Notes: generated from the letters alone by a model not told the origin. DNA of 64,000 bases from an uncultured Candidatus Binatia bacterium (GCA_965215605.1 OZ244070.1:3584001-3648000), one strand, 5' to 3'. Counted from the first letter of the stretch, positions 1 through 9,964 are shown. Translations and numbers: made by a program.

Positions 1-678
1 GCCATGGAGGGCATTCGGGCCCGCGGCCGGAACGTGCTGGTGGCCGGCGGCACCGGCCTGTACGTGAAGGCGCTGGCCCGGGGCCTGTTCGCCGGCCCGC
101 CGCGGGATGCGGATCTCCGGGCCGCCCTGGAGCAGGCCGAGGTGGAGCAGGGGCCGGGGCATCTCTACCAGCGGCTGAAGCGCGTGGACCCCGACGCGGC
201 CGGGCGGATTCACCGCCACGACAAGGTCCGGATCATACGCGCGCTGGAGGTCTTCGAGGGCACCGGAAGGCCGCTGAGCCAGTGGCAGCGGGAGCACGGA
301 TTCGACGACGATCCCTTCGAGGTGCTGGGGGTGGCACTGGAACGGCCCCGCTCCGAGCTGTACGGACGGATCGATCGCCGGTGTGGAGAAATGATGGAGG
401 CGGGGCTGCTGGACGAGGTCCGGGGCCTTCTGGACATGGGCTATGCGCCGGGTCTCCGCAGCCTGCAGAGCGTCGGCTACCGGCAGGCGGTTCAGTGCCT
501 GGCGGGCGCCATGAGCCGGCCCGACGCGCTGTCGTCGATGCAGCAGGCTACCCGCCGGCTGGCCAAACGCCAGTTGACCTGGTTCCGCGCCGACCCGAGC
601 CTCCACTGGATGCACCCCGCCCGGATCGATGCCATCGGCAACGTGTGCCGCCGCTTCCTCACCGGGCTCCGGAGTTGA
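1..678 (+). CDS. miaA: tRNA dimethylallyltransferase (5' truncated by window edge)
   Basis: GGTGLY, RIIRALEV, SVGYRQ, TRRLAKRQLTWFR motifs. Confidence 0.95.
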   Translation, partial: AMEGIRARGRNVLVAGGTGLYVKALARGLFAGPPRDADLRAALEQAEVEQGPGHLYQRLKRVDPDAAGRIHRHDKVRIIRALEVFEGTGRPLSQWQREHGFDDDPFEVLGVALERPRSELYGRIDRRCGEMMEAGLLDEVRGLLDMGYAPGLRSLQSVGYRQAVQCLAGAMSRPDALSSMQQATRRLAKRQLTWFRADPSLHWMHPARIDAIGNVCRRFLTGLRS

Positions 679-715
679 CTGGATGGGGGTTTAGTGTTAG
701 CAGCCTTTGGACATC

Positions 716-1672
716 ATGAAATCCGCCGATTTCGTCGAGGCCCGGCGGAGGCTCGAGGCCAAGCCCCAATCCACCGGTGAAAAGCTCACCACCCTGGCAC
801 AGGCCGTGCAGAGGGTCCGGGATGGCGACCACATCGCCATCGGAGGGTGTCTCTTTTCACGCAGCCCGCTGGCGGCGTTGATGGAGGTGCTGCGCCAGCA
901 CAGGCGCGGCCTGACCCTGTCGCGCAACCTGATGTGCTACGAGGGCGAGTTGTTCATGGCCGCCAAGGCGGTGGATGGGCTCATGACGAGCTGGTTCGAC
1001 ATCGCGCTGCCCTGGGGCCTCTCCATCAAGCTCCGGGAGGAAGTGGAAGGCGGGCGCATCCGGTTCGAGGAGTGGAGCCATCTCGGGCTCGGGCTCCGTT
1101 ACCGCGCCGGCGCCATGGGCGTTCCGTTCCTGCCCACCCTGACCATGCTCGGCTCGGACCTGATGGGCGTCACCGACACCCGCACCATGGAGTGCCCGTT
1201 CACGGGGGAGCAGCTTTGCCTGGTGCCGGCCCTGTTCCCCGAGGTGGCGCTGATCCACGTGCACCGTGCCGACCGTTTCGGCAACTGTCAGATCGACGGC
1301 TACCCGCACATGGACACGGACATTGCCAAGGCCGCCGCTACGGTCATCGTCACCGCCGAGGAGATCATCGACGAGGAGGAGGTCCGCCGCCGGCCGGACC
1401 GCACGGTCATTCCGGGGCTTGTGGTGGACGCGGTAGTGGAGATGCCCTACGGCTCTTTCCCGCACGAGTGCTACGGCTTGTACGAAGCCGACTTCGCCCA
1501 TTTCGAGGCCTACACGGATGCCGTCAAGGCCAGGGGTACCGGCGCCATCAACGATTACCTCGACCGCCATGTCTACGGGGTCTCGGGGCACGAGGGCTAC
1601 TTGGCGCTGTTCGGCGAAGAGGCGCTGGCGCGGCAGAGACGGCGCGCCGAAGAGCTGCTGGGGCCGCGATGA
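716..1672 (+). CDS. Family I CoA transferase subunit A (GctA/PcaI-like)
   Basis: RYRAGAMGVPFLP, HVHRADRFGN, VTAEEII motifs; ATG at 716 (TTG at 707 is an alternative); ATGA overlap with the next gene. Confidence 0.88.
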   Translation: MKSADFVEARRRLEAKPQSTGEKLTTLAQAVQRVRDGDHIAIGGCLFSRSPLAALMEVLRQHRRGLTLSRNLMCYEGELFMAAKAVDGLMTSWFDIALPWGLSIKLREEVEGGRIRFEEWSHLGLGLRYRAGAMGVPFLPTLTMLGSDLMGVTDTRTMECPFTGEQLCLVPALFPEVALIHVHRADRFGNCQIDGYPHMDTDIAKAAATVIVTAEEIIDEEEVRRRPDRTVIPGLVVDAVVEMPYGSFPHECYGLYEADFAHFEAYTDAVKARGTGAINDYLDRHVYGVSGHEGYLALFGEEALARQRRRAEELLGPR

Positions 1673-2430
1673 GCTACTCCGCCACCGAGCTGTTGGCCGT
1701 GGTCGCCGCCCGCCAACTCGCGGGGGTGACCTCCGTGTTCGCCGGGGTGGGCGTGCCGCTGGTGTCCGCGGTGCTGGCGCAGAAGACCGGCGCCCCCGAC
1801 CTCGTCATCGTGGTGGAAGGCGGCAGCATGGGACCTCAGATGGTGCCGGGACGGTTGCCGTACTCCACCAACGAGATGCGCACCGCGCCCAGGGCTCAGA
1901 TGCTGCCGGGCATCACCGACACGTTCCTGTTCGCCCAGCGGGGCTTTCTCGACGTGGGGTTCGTCGGCGGCGCCCAGATCGACTGTCACGGGAACCTCAA
2001 CTCGAGCGTGATCGGCAGCTACGAGCGGCCCAAGGTCCGGTTGCCGGGGAGCGGCGGCGCCAACGACATCATCTCGCTGTGCCGCAAGGTCATGGTGGTG
2101 ACCATGCACGAACGGCGGCGTTTCGTGCCTCGGGTGGATTTCGTCACCAGTCCGGGATTTCTGGCGGGCGGAGACGCGCGCCGCAAGGCGGGGCTGCTGT
2201 TCGGCACCGTCAGCCGCATCGTGACCCATCTGGGCACGCTGGCCTTCGACGACGAGACCCGGCGGTTGCGGCTGGAGAGCCTCCACCCGGGCGTCACCGT
2301 CCAGGAGGTGCTGGACAACACCGGGTTCGAGCTGCCGGTGCCTGACCATCTGCCGGTCACCGAGCCGCCCAGCGAAGAGGAGTTGGAGACCTTGCGGCGC
2401 ATCGACCCGGAGAGGAACTTTCTCGGGTAG
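1669..2430 (+). CDS. Family I CoA transferase subunit B (GctB-like)
   Basis: FAGVGVP, IVVEGG (catalytic Glu), GGAQID..GNLN, LPGSGGAND, VDFVTSPG; start at the ATGA overlap. Confidence 0.88.
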   Translation: MSYSATELLAVVAARQLAGVTSVFAGVGVPLVSAVLAQKTGAPDLVIVVEGGSMGPQMVPGRLPYSTNEMRTAPRAQMLPGITDTFLFAQRGFLDVGFVGGAQIDCHGNLNSSVIGSYERPKVRLPGSGGANDIISLCRKVMVVTMHERRRFVPRVDFVTSPGFLAGGDARRKAGLLFGTVSRIVTHLGTLAFDDETRRLRLESLHPGVTVQEVLDNTGFELPVPDHLPVTEPPSEEELETLRRIDPERNFLG

Positions 2431-2461
2431 CGCGAACGCACGGCGCCGCGGACAGGGCGCC

Positions 2462-2487
2462 GCAGGGGGCGGGTTTCAAGCCCGCCC
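2462..2487 (+). repeat. GTAG-family REP-like palindrome, copy 1
   Basis: GCAGGGGGCGGGTTTCAAGCCCGCCC; near-identical intergenic copies at 9940 and 41169. Confidence 0.7.
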
Positions 2488-2517
2488 GGGTCTGAAACAT
2501 CGACGGAGCCGTAACTC

Positions 2518-3459
2518 ATGCCGGTACAGTTTGGAGTCGCCATTCGCAATTTCGTCGGTCCGGGGGAGACCCCGGACGTGGACGGGCTGATACGTTATTC
2601 CCGGCGCGCCGAGGAGTTGGGCTTCGAGTCGCTCTGGGCGTGGGACCACATCCTGCTGGGGGTGGAGCCGAGCTTCCCGGTGCTGGACTCGCTGACCATC
2701 CTTACCGCCATCGCCGTCCGCACCGAACACATTCGGCTGGGCACCGGGGTGATGGTGCTGCCGCTGCGCAACCCGGTGGTGACCGCCAAGGTCCTGGCCA
2801 GTCTGGACCAGATCTCCAACGGCCGCCTGCTGCTTGGGGCTGCCTCCGGCTGGTACGCCCGGGAGTTCGACGCGGTGGGCATCTCCTTCAAGGACCGCGG
2901 CCGCATCTTCGAGCGCAACCTCGATCTGCTGGTGCGGCTCTGGACCGAGGACAGGGTGACCGAGCAGGTGGACGAGTTGAACCTCCGGTCGGCGGTGCTT
3001 CTGCCCAAGCCGGTGCAGAAGCCTCATCCCCCCATCCTGATCGGCGGGTACATCGACCGGGTGCTGCGCCGGGCGGGCCGCAAGGGGGACGGCTGGCTCA
3101 CCTACTTCTACACTCCGGAGGGCTTTTCCAAGAGCTGGGCCAAGGTCCTGGACGCGGCGGAAAAGGCCGGCCGCGATCCGTCGAAGCTCACGGCCACGAA
3201 CCAGCTCGCCATCTACGTGGGCCCCTCCAGGGAGGAGGCCGACGAACCCATGCGCCACTGGCTCACCACCGAGTGGGACATCGCGAAATGGAGTGATTCC
3301 ACCATCGACCACGCCATTCGCGGGACCGCCGACGAGTGCGCGGAGCAGCTCCAGGCCCATGTGGACGCCGGTGTTCACCGGATCATCCTGATCCCCTACC
3401 GGTACCAGCCGGAGCAACTGGAAAGGATCGCCTCGGAAGTGATTCCCAGGTTGACCTGA
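2518..3459 (+). CDS. LLM-class (luciferase-like) flavin/F420-dependent oxidoreductase
   Basis: AEELGFESLWAWDH, RLGTGV..LPLRNP, LDQISNGR, PKPVQKPHPPILIGG. Confidence 0.9.
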   Translation: MPVQFGVAIRNFVGPGETPDVDGLIRYSRRAEELGFESLWAWDHILLGVEPSFPVLDSLTILTAIAVRTEHIRLGTGVMVLPLRNPVVTAKVLASLDQISNGRLLLGAASGWYAREFDAVGISFKDRGRIFERNLDLLVRLWTEDRVTEQVDELNLRSAVLLPKPVQKPHPPILIGGYIDRVLRRAGRKGDGWLTYFYTPEGFSKSWAKVLDAAEKAGRDPSKLTATNQLAIYVGPSREEADEPMRHWLTTEWDIAKWSDSTIDHAIRGTADECAEQLQAHVDAGVHRIILIPYRYQPEQLERIASEVIPRLT

Positions 3460-3484
3460 AAGCCTGCGGAGGGGGAGAGAGCCC

Positions 3485-4384
3485 ATGCGGTTTGACTATT
3501 TCGAGCCGACGACACTGGATGAGGCCGGCGAGTTGCTGCGGAAAGGGAAGGGCGCCCGCAGACCGCTTGCCGGCGGCACCGACATCGTCATACAGTTGCG
3601 CCGGCGGGTGGTCAGCACGCAGGGCCTGGTGAACCTGAAGCGGATACCGGAGCTTTGGGGCTGGGCGCGGGAACCCGGCGAGGGGCTCTGGCTCGGCGCC
3701 TGCACGCCCATGCGGGACCTGGAGACCGCCGCCGCCGTGGGCGAGCGTTTTCCTTCCATCACCGAGGCGCTTCGGGTGGTGGGGTCGCTGCAGTTGAGAA
3801 ACATCGCCAGCGTGGGCGGCAATCTGTGCAATGCTTCGCCGTCGGCGGACACGGCGCCGCCGCTGGTGGCGTTGGGGGCGACGGCCAGTGTGCATACCGC
3901 TGAATCCCGGCGGGAAACGGTGCGGGTGGAGAATTTCTTCGAGGGGCCCGGCACATCGGTGCTGGGCGCCGGCGGACTGCTCCTGGCGGTGGAAGTGCCC
4001 GAGCCGTTGCCGCACGCCGGCGACGCCTTCGAGCGCTTCACCCCGCGGTCGGCCATGGACATTGCCATCGCCAGCGCGGCCGCGGCGGTGACGCTGGACG
4101 CGGCCGGGGAGAAGGTGGCGACGGCGCGGATCGCGCTGGGCGCGGTGGCGCCCACGCCCGTGCGGGCTCTCAGGGCCGAGGAGTTCGTGCAGGGCAAGGA
4201 GTTGACGCCCGAGGTCCTGGAGCGGGCGGGCCGGGCGGCCATGGGTGAATGCCGGCCCATCGACGACATCCGCGGGTCGGCGGCCTACCGCAAGGAGCTG
4301 GTGGGCATTCTCGTGCGACGCGTGTTGCGGCAGGCAGCGGAGCGGGCCCGGGCGCGCTCCAACGGCGGGACGGAAACGGTATGA
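3485..4384 (+). CDS. Xanthine dehydrogenase-family FAD-binding subunit (NdhF/CoxM-like)
   Basis: LAGGTD, QLRNIASVGGNLCNASPSAD, PIDDIRGSAAYR. Confidence 0.92.
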   Translation: MRFDYFEPTTLDEAGELLRKGKGARRPLAGGTDIVIQLRRRVVSTQGLVNLKRIPELWGWAREPGEGLWLGACTPMRDLETAAAVGERFPSITEALRVVGSLQLRNIASVGGNLCNASPSADTAPPLVALGATASVHTAESRRETVRVENFFEGPGTSVLGAGGLLLAVEVPEPLPHAGDAFERFTPRSAMDIAIASAAAAVTLDAAGEKVATARIALGAVAPTPVRALRAEEFVQGKELTPEVLERAGRAAMGECRPIDDIRGSAAYRKELVGILVRRVLRQAAERARARSNGGTETV

Positions 4385-4860
4385 AACAGCGCTATGTTCT
4401 GCGGGTGAACGGCGCCGCCAGGGAAGCGGAAGCCGAGCCTCACGAGTCGCTGCTGGACGTGCTGCGGGAGAACCTTCGGCTGACCGGCAGCAAGAAGGGC
4501 TGCAACGAGGCCGAATGCGGCTCGTGCACGGTGCTGCTGAACGGCCGCCCGGTGGTGTCCTGCCTGGTGCTGGTTCCGGACGCCGTGGGCCGGGACATCG
4601 TCACCATTGAAGCCCTGGCCGAAGACGGGACTCCCCACCCGGTGCAACGGCAGATGGTGGAACAGGGCGGCGTCCAGTGCGGCTACTGCACTCCCGGAAT
4701 GATCATGAGCGCCTACGCGCTGCTCCAGGAGAATCCGCATCCCACCGACGAGGAGATCCGCTTCGCCATTTCCGGCAACATCTGCCGCTGTACGGGGTAC
4801 GGCAAGATCGTCAAGGCGGTCCGGGCGGCCGCGGAAGAGCTCGGGGGGGCGGCGTCATGA
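4381..4860 (+). CDS. (2Fe-2S)-binding subunit of Mo hydroxylase (NdhS/CoxS-like)
   Basis: [29 protein letters not shown]; ATGA overlaps at both ends. Confidence 0.93.
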   Translation: MKQRYVLRVNGAAREAEAEPHESLLDVLRENLRLTGSKKGCNEAECGSCTVLLNGRPVVSCLVLVPDAVGRDIVTIEALAEDGTPHPVQRQMVEQGGVQCGYCTPGMIMSAYALLQENPHPTDEEIRFAISGNICRCTGYGKIVKAVRAAAEELGGAAS

Positions 4861-6164
4861 GCGAAGACACCTCCCGGGACACGGCCGGCGCGTACCAGTG
4901 GATAGGAACGAACGTCACCAAGCCGGATGCGCTGGAAAAGGCGCTGGGGGCCACCGAGTACGTCGGCGACATGGTGATGCCGGGCATGCTCCACGCCAAG
5001 ATCCTGTGGGCGGGAATGCCCCACGGGGTGATCCGGAACATCGACACCGGAGAGGCCGCCCGGGTGCCCGGCGTGGCGGCGGTGGTCACCGCTTCGGACG
5101 TGCCCGGCACCAACCGTTACGGACTGGCCGTGCCGGACCAGCGGGCGCTGGCCGACGACAAGGTGCGGTCGGCGGGCGACGCGCTGGCACTGGTGGCGGC
5201 GGAGGACGAGGCGGCGGCGGAGGAGGCGGTGGCCAGGATCAAGGTGGACATCGAGCCGTTGCGTCCCATTCTTACCTACGAGGACGCGCTGGATCCGGAT
5301 GCGCCCGCGATCCACGAAGGCGGCAACGTGTTCCAGCACACCACCGTGCGCAAGGGCGATCTGGAACAGGGCATCCAGGAGTCCGACGTGATCGTGGAGG
5401 ACGCCTACCATACCCATCGCATGGATCACGTCCCCATGGAGCCGGAGGCGGGCCTGGCCTACGTCGATCCCTCCGGCGTTCTGAACATCCTGGTGGGGAC
5501 CCAGTATCCCTATCGGGACCGGCGTCAGATCGCCCCGGCCCTGGACCTGGCCATGAACAAGGTACGGGTGATCCAGGCCCCCATCGGCGGCGGCTTCGGA
5601 CGCAAGGACGACATCACGGCGGAGATCCACGTGGGCCTGCTGGCGCTGAAGACGCGCCGGCCGGTGCGCCTGGTCTACACCCGGGAAGAGTCTCTCATCG
5701 CCAACACCAAGCGCCATCCCATGGCCATGAGCTTCCGCACCGGCGCCCGCAAGGACGGACGGCTGACCTTCCTGGACGGCGACATCTACGGCGACACGGG
5801 CGCGGGGGTTTCCCTCGGCGCCTACGTCATCAAGAAGGCGGGCATCCACGCCACCGGCCCCTACGACGTGCCCAACATCCGGGTGGACACCTACACGCTC
5901 TACACCAACAATCTCGTCTCCGGGGCCATGCGCGGCTTCGGGGTGATGCAGGCGGCAGTGGCCCACGAGTCGCAGATGGACCAGTTGGCCCACCGGCTCG
6001 GAATGTCGCCGCTGGAGTTCCGGATCAAGAACTGCCTCAAGCCGGGGCTCGCCGCCTCCACCGGACAGTTGATGAACGAGGGCTGCGGCATCGAGGCGAC
6101 GCTGCAGCGGATCAAGGACTACATGAGCGCGCACGACCTGCGCTTCAAGCGGCCTCAAGCATGA
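4857..6164 (+). CDS. Mo hydroxylase molybdopterin-binding subunit, N-terminal part (NdhL-like)
   Basis: GTQYP, IGGGFGRK, TKRHP, GPYDVP, AMRGFG; about 435 aa, ends after the ESQMD/FRIKN region. Confidence 0.88.
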   Translation: MSEDTSRDTAGAYQWIGTNVTKPDALEKALGATEYVGDMVMPGMLHAKILWAGMPHGVIRNIDTGEAARVPGVAAVVTASDVPGTNRYGLAVPDQRALADDKVRSAGDALALVAAEDEAAAEEAVARIKVDIEPLRPILTYEDALDPDAPAIHEGGNVFQHTTVRKGDLEQGIQESDVIVEDAYHTHRMDHVPMEPEAGLAYVDPSGVLNILVGTQYPYRDRRQIAPALDLAMNKVRVIQAPIGGGFGRKDDITAEIHVGLLALKTRRPVRLVYTREESLIANTKRHPMAMSFRTGARKDGRLTFLDGDIYGDTGAGVSLGAYVIKKAGIHATGPYDVPNIRVDTYTLYTNNLVSGAMRGFGVMQAAVAHESQMDQLAHRLGMSPLEFRIKNCLKPGLAASTGQLMNEGCGIEATLQRIKDYMSAHDLRFKRPQA

Positions 6165-6184
6165 GGCTCATGAGCTGAACGGCC

Positions 6185-7198
6185 ATGGCAACAAGAAAAG
6201 GCTTGGGCATCGGCTCCATGTACTACGGCATCGGCTACGGCTTCAGCCGCGCCGACATCGGCTCGGCCGAGATCGAGATGGCCGAGGACGGCACCACCAC
6301 GATCTACTCGGGCGCATGCGACATGGGCCAGGGGGTCATGACGGTGGTGACCCAGGTCGCCGCGGAGGAGCTCGGCATCGAGCCCGACCAGATCCGCGTG
6401 GTGGCCGCCGATACCGGCAGTACGCCGGACGCCGGGCCCACCTCGGGCAGCCGCGCCACTTTCGTGCAGGGCGTGGCGGTGCAGAACGCGGCCCAGGAGT
6501 TGCGCGGGCAGATCCTGGACATGGCCTCGCGCATGCTGGAGTGTCCGAGGGAGAACCTGCACGTGCGGCGGGGCGAGGTGTGCGAGGCCGGCACCGACCG
6601 GCCGCTGGTGTCGGTGGGCAAGGTGGCGCATCAACTCCATTTCCATGGGCGGCGGGCGGCGGCCTGGGGCTGGCACGACAACACCACCGCGGACGTGGAC
6701 CCGGAGACCTCTCAGGGCGACGCCTACGCCACCTACGGCTGGGCCACGCAGTTGGCCGAGGTGGAGGTGGACACCGAGACCGGCCGCATCCGGCTGACCA
6801 AGCTGGTGTCGGCCACCGACGCCGGCAAGGCCATCAACCCGGTGGCGGTGGAGGGGCAGATCGAGGGCGGCGCCGCCATGGGCCTGGGCTACGGCCTCTA
6901 CGAGCAGCACATCCTGGAGAACGGCGTGCCGCGCACGGCATCCCTGGCATTCTATCTCGTGCCCACGTCCATGGACGTGCCGGACATCGAGTGCGAGATC
7001 GTGGAGGTGCCCGATCCCAAGGGGCCGTTCGGCGCCAAGGGCGTGGCCGAGCCGGCCACCATTCCCACGACGCCGGCCATCCTCAACGCCATCTACGACG
7101 CCATCGGCATTCGCATCACCGAGACTCCCATCACGCCGGAACGGGTCTTCTTCGCCATCCAGGAGGCCAGGGCCCGGGGCGAGTTCGAAGAAGACTGA
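6185..7198 (+). CDS. Mo hydroxylase molybdopterin-binding subunit, C-terminal part (NdhM-like)
   Basis: Starts KGLGIGSMYYGIG; DMGQG, TSGSR, GQIEGG, AKGVAEP (catalytic Glu). Confidence 0.88.
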   Translation: MATRKGLGIGSMYYGIGYGFSRADIGSAEIEMAEDGTTTIYSGACDMGQGVMTVVTQVAAEELGIEPDQIRVVAADTGSTPDAGPTSGSRATFVQGVAVQNAAQELRGQILDMASRMLECPRENLHVRRGEVCEAGTDRPLVSVGKVAHQLHFHGRRAAAWGWHDNTTADVDPETSQGDAYATYGWATQLAEVEVDTETGRIRLTKLVSATDAGKAINPVAVEGQIEGGAAMGLGYGLYEQHILENGVPRTASLAFYLVPTSMDVPDIECEIVEVPDPKGPFGAKGVAEPATIPTTPAILNAIYDAIGIRITETPITPERVFFAIQEARARGEFEED

Positions 7199-7213
7199 GG
7201 CGGGAGGAACGCA

Positions 7214-7903
7214 TTGGGTCATCGCGTCGGACTGCTTGTCCCTTCGTCGAACACCGTCATGGAGGTGGATTTCTACCGCCATCTGCCGGCGTCGGCCACG
7301 GTCCACACCGGCCGGATGTACATGGAAGCCACCACGGTCAAGGGCGAGGAAGAGATGCTCGACGAGCACTGCCTGCCGGCGGCCGCCGACGTGGCCACCG
7401 CCAGGCCGGACCTGATGGTGTTCGGCTGCACCAGCGCGGGGGCGCTGCGGGGCAATGCCTACGACGCCGATCTGTGCCGCCGCATCTCCGACGTCGCCGG
7501 CGCGCCCACCGTCAGCGTCATCGAATCGGTGCGGCGCAAGCTCGCGTCGCTGAAGGTCAAGCGGGTGGCGGTGCTGACACCCTATATCGAAGACCTCAAC
7601 GTCCGCATCAAAGCCAGCGTGGAGGATGACGGCCTTGAGGTGGCATCGATCCACGGCATGGGGATCAGCGTCAACTTCAACCTGGCGCTGGTGGAGCCGC
7701 CGGAGATACTGGCCTTCGCCCGGGAGAAGCTGGGCGCCCGGCCGCAAGTGGACGCCCTGTTCATTTCGTGCACCAACTACCAGGCGGTGGCGACACTGCC
7801 GGAATTGAAGAAGCTGTACGACATGCCCATCGTCACCAGCAACCAGGCCGCCCTCGAAGCCGTGGGCCGGCAACTGGACGTGGGGTTGGTGGACATGGGT
7901 TGA
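7214..7903 (+). CDS. Asp/Glu racemase superfamily protein (maleate isomerase/arylmalonate decarboxylase-like)
   Basis: GLLVPSSNTVME, FGCTS, ISCTN, VTSNQA; both catalytic Cys present; GGAGG RBS before TTG. Confidence 0.85.
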   Translation: MGHRVGLLVPSSNTVMEVDFYRHLPASATVHTGRMYMEATTVKGEEEMLDEHCLPAAADVATARPDLMVFGCTSAGALRGNAYDADLCRRISDVAGAPTVSVIESVRRKLASLKVKRVAVLTPYIEDLNVRIKASVEDDGLEVASIHGMGISVNFNLALVEPPEILAFAREKLGARPQVDALFISCTNYQAVATLPELKKLYDMPIVTSNQAALEAVGRQLDVGLVDMG

Positions 7904-7915
7904 GGAGGAAACCCG

Positions 7916-8788
7916 ATGGAATTCATGAAACTCGACGGCGCCGTGGACCTGCACGTGCACTCCTATCCGTGCGTGTTCCAGCGGCGGGTGGATGACCGGG
8001 AGGCGGTCAAAGCCGCCTCGGACGCGGGCATGGCGGCCATCGTGCTGAAGTGCCACCACGAGAGCACGGTGAGCCGCGCGTATCTCATTCAGAAGGAGTT
8101 TCCCGACATCAAGGTGTTCGGCGGCGTGGTGATGAACCAGTTCGTGGGCGGCATCAACCCGGCGGCGGCGGAGGTGGGGCTCCGGCTCGGCGCCAAGGAG
8201 ATCTGGATGCCCACCATCGACGCGGCCCATCACGTGGAAATCCACGGCGCCCGGGGCAGCTACGACACCCAGACCAGCGGCTCGGACTTCGTCTGGGGCG
8301 ACCCCATCTCCGCGGTCAAGGACGGCAAGGTGGTGGACGAGGCCCTGGTGGTGCTGGAGCTCGTCGCCAAGTACGACGCCATCCTGGGGACCGCGCACCT
8401 CTCCCTCGCAGAGATCGAGCTGCTGGTGAAGGCGGCCCACGAGCGGGGGGTGAAGAAGATCCTGATCACCCACCCGTATTTCCGGGTGCCCGCGGGCATG
8501 AACCTGGACTTCCTGAAGCAGATGATGCGCTACGGCGCCATCGGCGAGTTCGGTTACTGCACCATCTCGCCCATGTGGGCGTACGTGAACCTGGAGTTCA
8601 CCAAGGGCATCATGGACTCCATGGGTTTCGACAACTGCGTGGTCATGAGCGACACCGGCCAGTCCCACAACCCGCTGCCGCCGGAGGCGTTGTGGCTCTA
8701 TGCCCAGGGGCTCTACGAAAAGGGAGTCTCGCCCAGGAACGTGGAGAAGCTCATCGTCGACAACCCTCGGGCGATGCTTGGCATCTGA
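7916..8788 (+). CDS. Amidohydrolase-fold metalloprotein (DUF6282-like)
   Basis: DLHVHS, VLKCH, GGINPAA, WMPT, TAHLS, ITHP, SDTGQ, NPRAMLG. Confidence 0.75.
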   Translation: MEFMKLDGAVDLHVHSYPCVFQRRVDDREAVKAASDAGMAAIVLKCHHESTVSRAYLIQKEFPDIKVFGGVVMNQFVGGINPAAAEVGLRLGAKEIWMPTIDAAHHVEIHGARGSYDTQTSGSDFVWGDPISAVKDGKVVDEALVVLELVAKYDAILGTAHLSLAEIELLVKAAHERGVKKILITHPYFRVPAGMNLDFLKQMMRYGAIGEFGYCTISPMWAYVNLEFTKGIMDSMGFDNCVVMSDTGQSHNPLPPEALWLYAQGLYEKGVSPRNVEKLIVDNPRAMLGI

Positions 8789-8823
8789 CGGGCTACGGAA
8801 AGAGACGGGCGGAAAGGACGGCC

Positions 8824-9858
8824 ATGACGGATTGGGCATCCCGGGGACGGATCGCGGAAGACATCACCGAGGCGGCGGGGCTGACGCCCTTGCTCCGGTT
8901 GCGCAAGGTGGCGGCGGGCCCGCAGGCGTTGTGCGGCAAGCTCGAGTTCATGAACCCGTCATCGAGCCTCAAGGACCGTATCCTGCGGCGCATGGTGCGG
9001 AGCGCGGAGGAACGGGGGGAGCTCAAGCCCGGCATGACCATCCTGGAAGCCTCCACCGGCAGCACCGGCATCGCCACTTCGATGATCGGCGCGGTGTGCG
9101 GCTACCCGGTGGTGGTGGTGATGCCCGAGGGCATGAGCGAGGAGCGCAAGGCCTCCATGCGCGCCTACGGCGCGGAGCTGGTGCTGACGCCCGGGGCGGA
9201 GAGCGACGTGGACCTGTGCCTGGAGAAGGTGGAGGAGTTGAAGCGCGCCGAGCCGGACCGCTACTGGGAGCCCGGCCAGTTCTCCAACCGGGACAACATC
9301 GCGGCGCACTACGAGACCACCGGGCCGGAGATCTGGCACCAGACCGAGGGGCAGGTGGACGTGTTCGTGGCTTCCCAGGGCAGCGGCGGCACCGTATCCG
9401 GCGTCGGCAAGTATCTGAAGGAGCGGAACCCGGAGGCGAAGATCTACGCCGTGGAGCCCGAGGAATGCCCGATCCTGTCGGGCGGGACCTGGGGACCCCA
9501 CGCCATCGAAGGCATCGGCGACGGCTTCATCCCGGAGAACCTGGACCTGGACTACGTGGACGGCGTGGTGACGGTCTCGTCCGAGGATTCCATCGCCATG
9601 GCCCGGCGCTTGGCCCGGGAGGAAGGCGTCCTGTGCGGCATTTCGTCCGGCTGCAACGTGGCGGCGGCCAACAAGCTGTCGGCGGCGTTGCCGTCCGCGA
9701 AGATGATCGTGACCATGATCAACGACACCGGCATGCGCTATTTCTCCACGCCGCTGTTCGGGAAGGACGAGGCCACCGAGATCCCCGACCGCGAGCATCC
9801 CATTCGTGAAGAAGACAAGGCCAATCTGGCGCACCGGAACCTGCATATCGTTCGTTAG
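8824..9858 (+). CDS. Cysteine synthase-family PLP enzyme
   Basis: KLEFMNPSSSLKDR, EASTGSTG, HYETTGPEI, GSGGT, IEGIG, GISSG. Confidence 0.85.
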   Translation: MTDWASRGRIAEDITEAAGLTPLLRLRKVAAGPQALCGKLEFMNPSSSLKDRILRRMVRSAEERGELKPGMTILEASTGSTGIATSMIGAVCGYPVVVVMPEGMSEERKASMRAYGAELVLTPGAESDVDLCLEKVEELKRAEPDRYWEPGQFSNRDNIAAHYETTGPEIWHQTEGQVDVFVASQGSGGTVSGVGKYLKERNPEAKIYAVEPEECPILSGGTWGPHAIEGIGDGFIPENLDLDYVDGVVTVSSEDSIAMARRLAREEGVLCGISSGCNVAAANKLSAALPSAKMIVTMINDTGMRYFSTPLFGKDEATEIPDREHPIREEDKANLAHRNLHIVR

Positions 9859-9939
9859 GTGCCTTTTTCGCTCCACAGTGCGGTGCGGGCGCGGGCAACG
9901 GCCGTGCACCCTGGAACCTGCGCTCCAAGAAGCGAAACT

Positions 9940-9964
9940 GCAGGGGCGGGTTTCAAGCCCGCCC
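9940..9964 (+). repeat. GTAG-family REP-like palindrome, copy 2
   Basis: GCAGGGGCGGGTTTCAAGCCCGCCC in an intergenic gap. Confidence 0.7.

Noticed and set aside
6162-6185. Sec readthrough or frameshift joining the two Mo-subunit ORFs
   Set aside because: The ORFs are in different frames, the TGA is not at a Cys position, and the split matches a known natural L/M architecture.
3485-7198. Aerobic CO dehydrogenase (coxMSL)
   Set aside because: The active-site loop is AMRGFG, not AYxCSFR; likewise AFRGYG in the second cluster.
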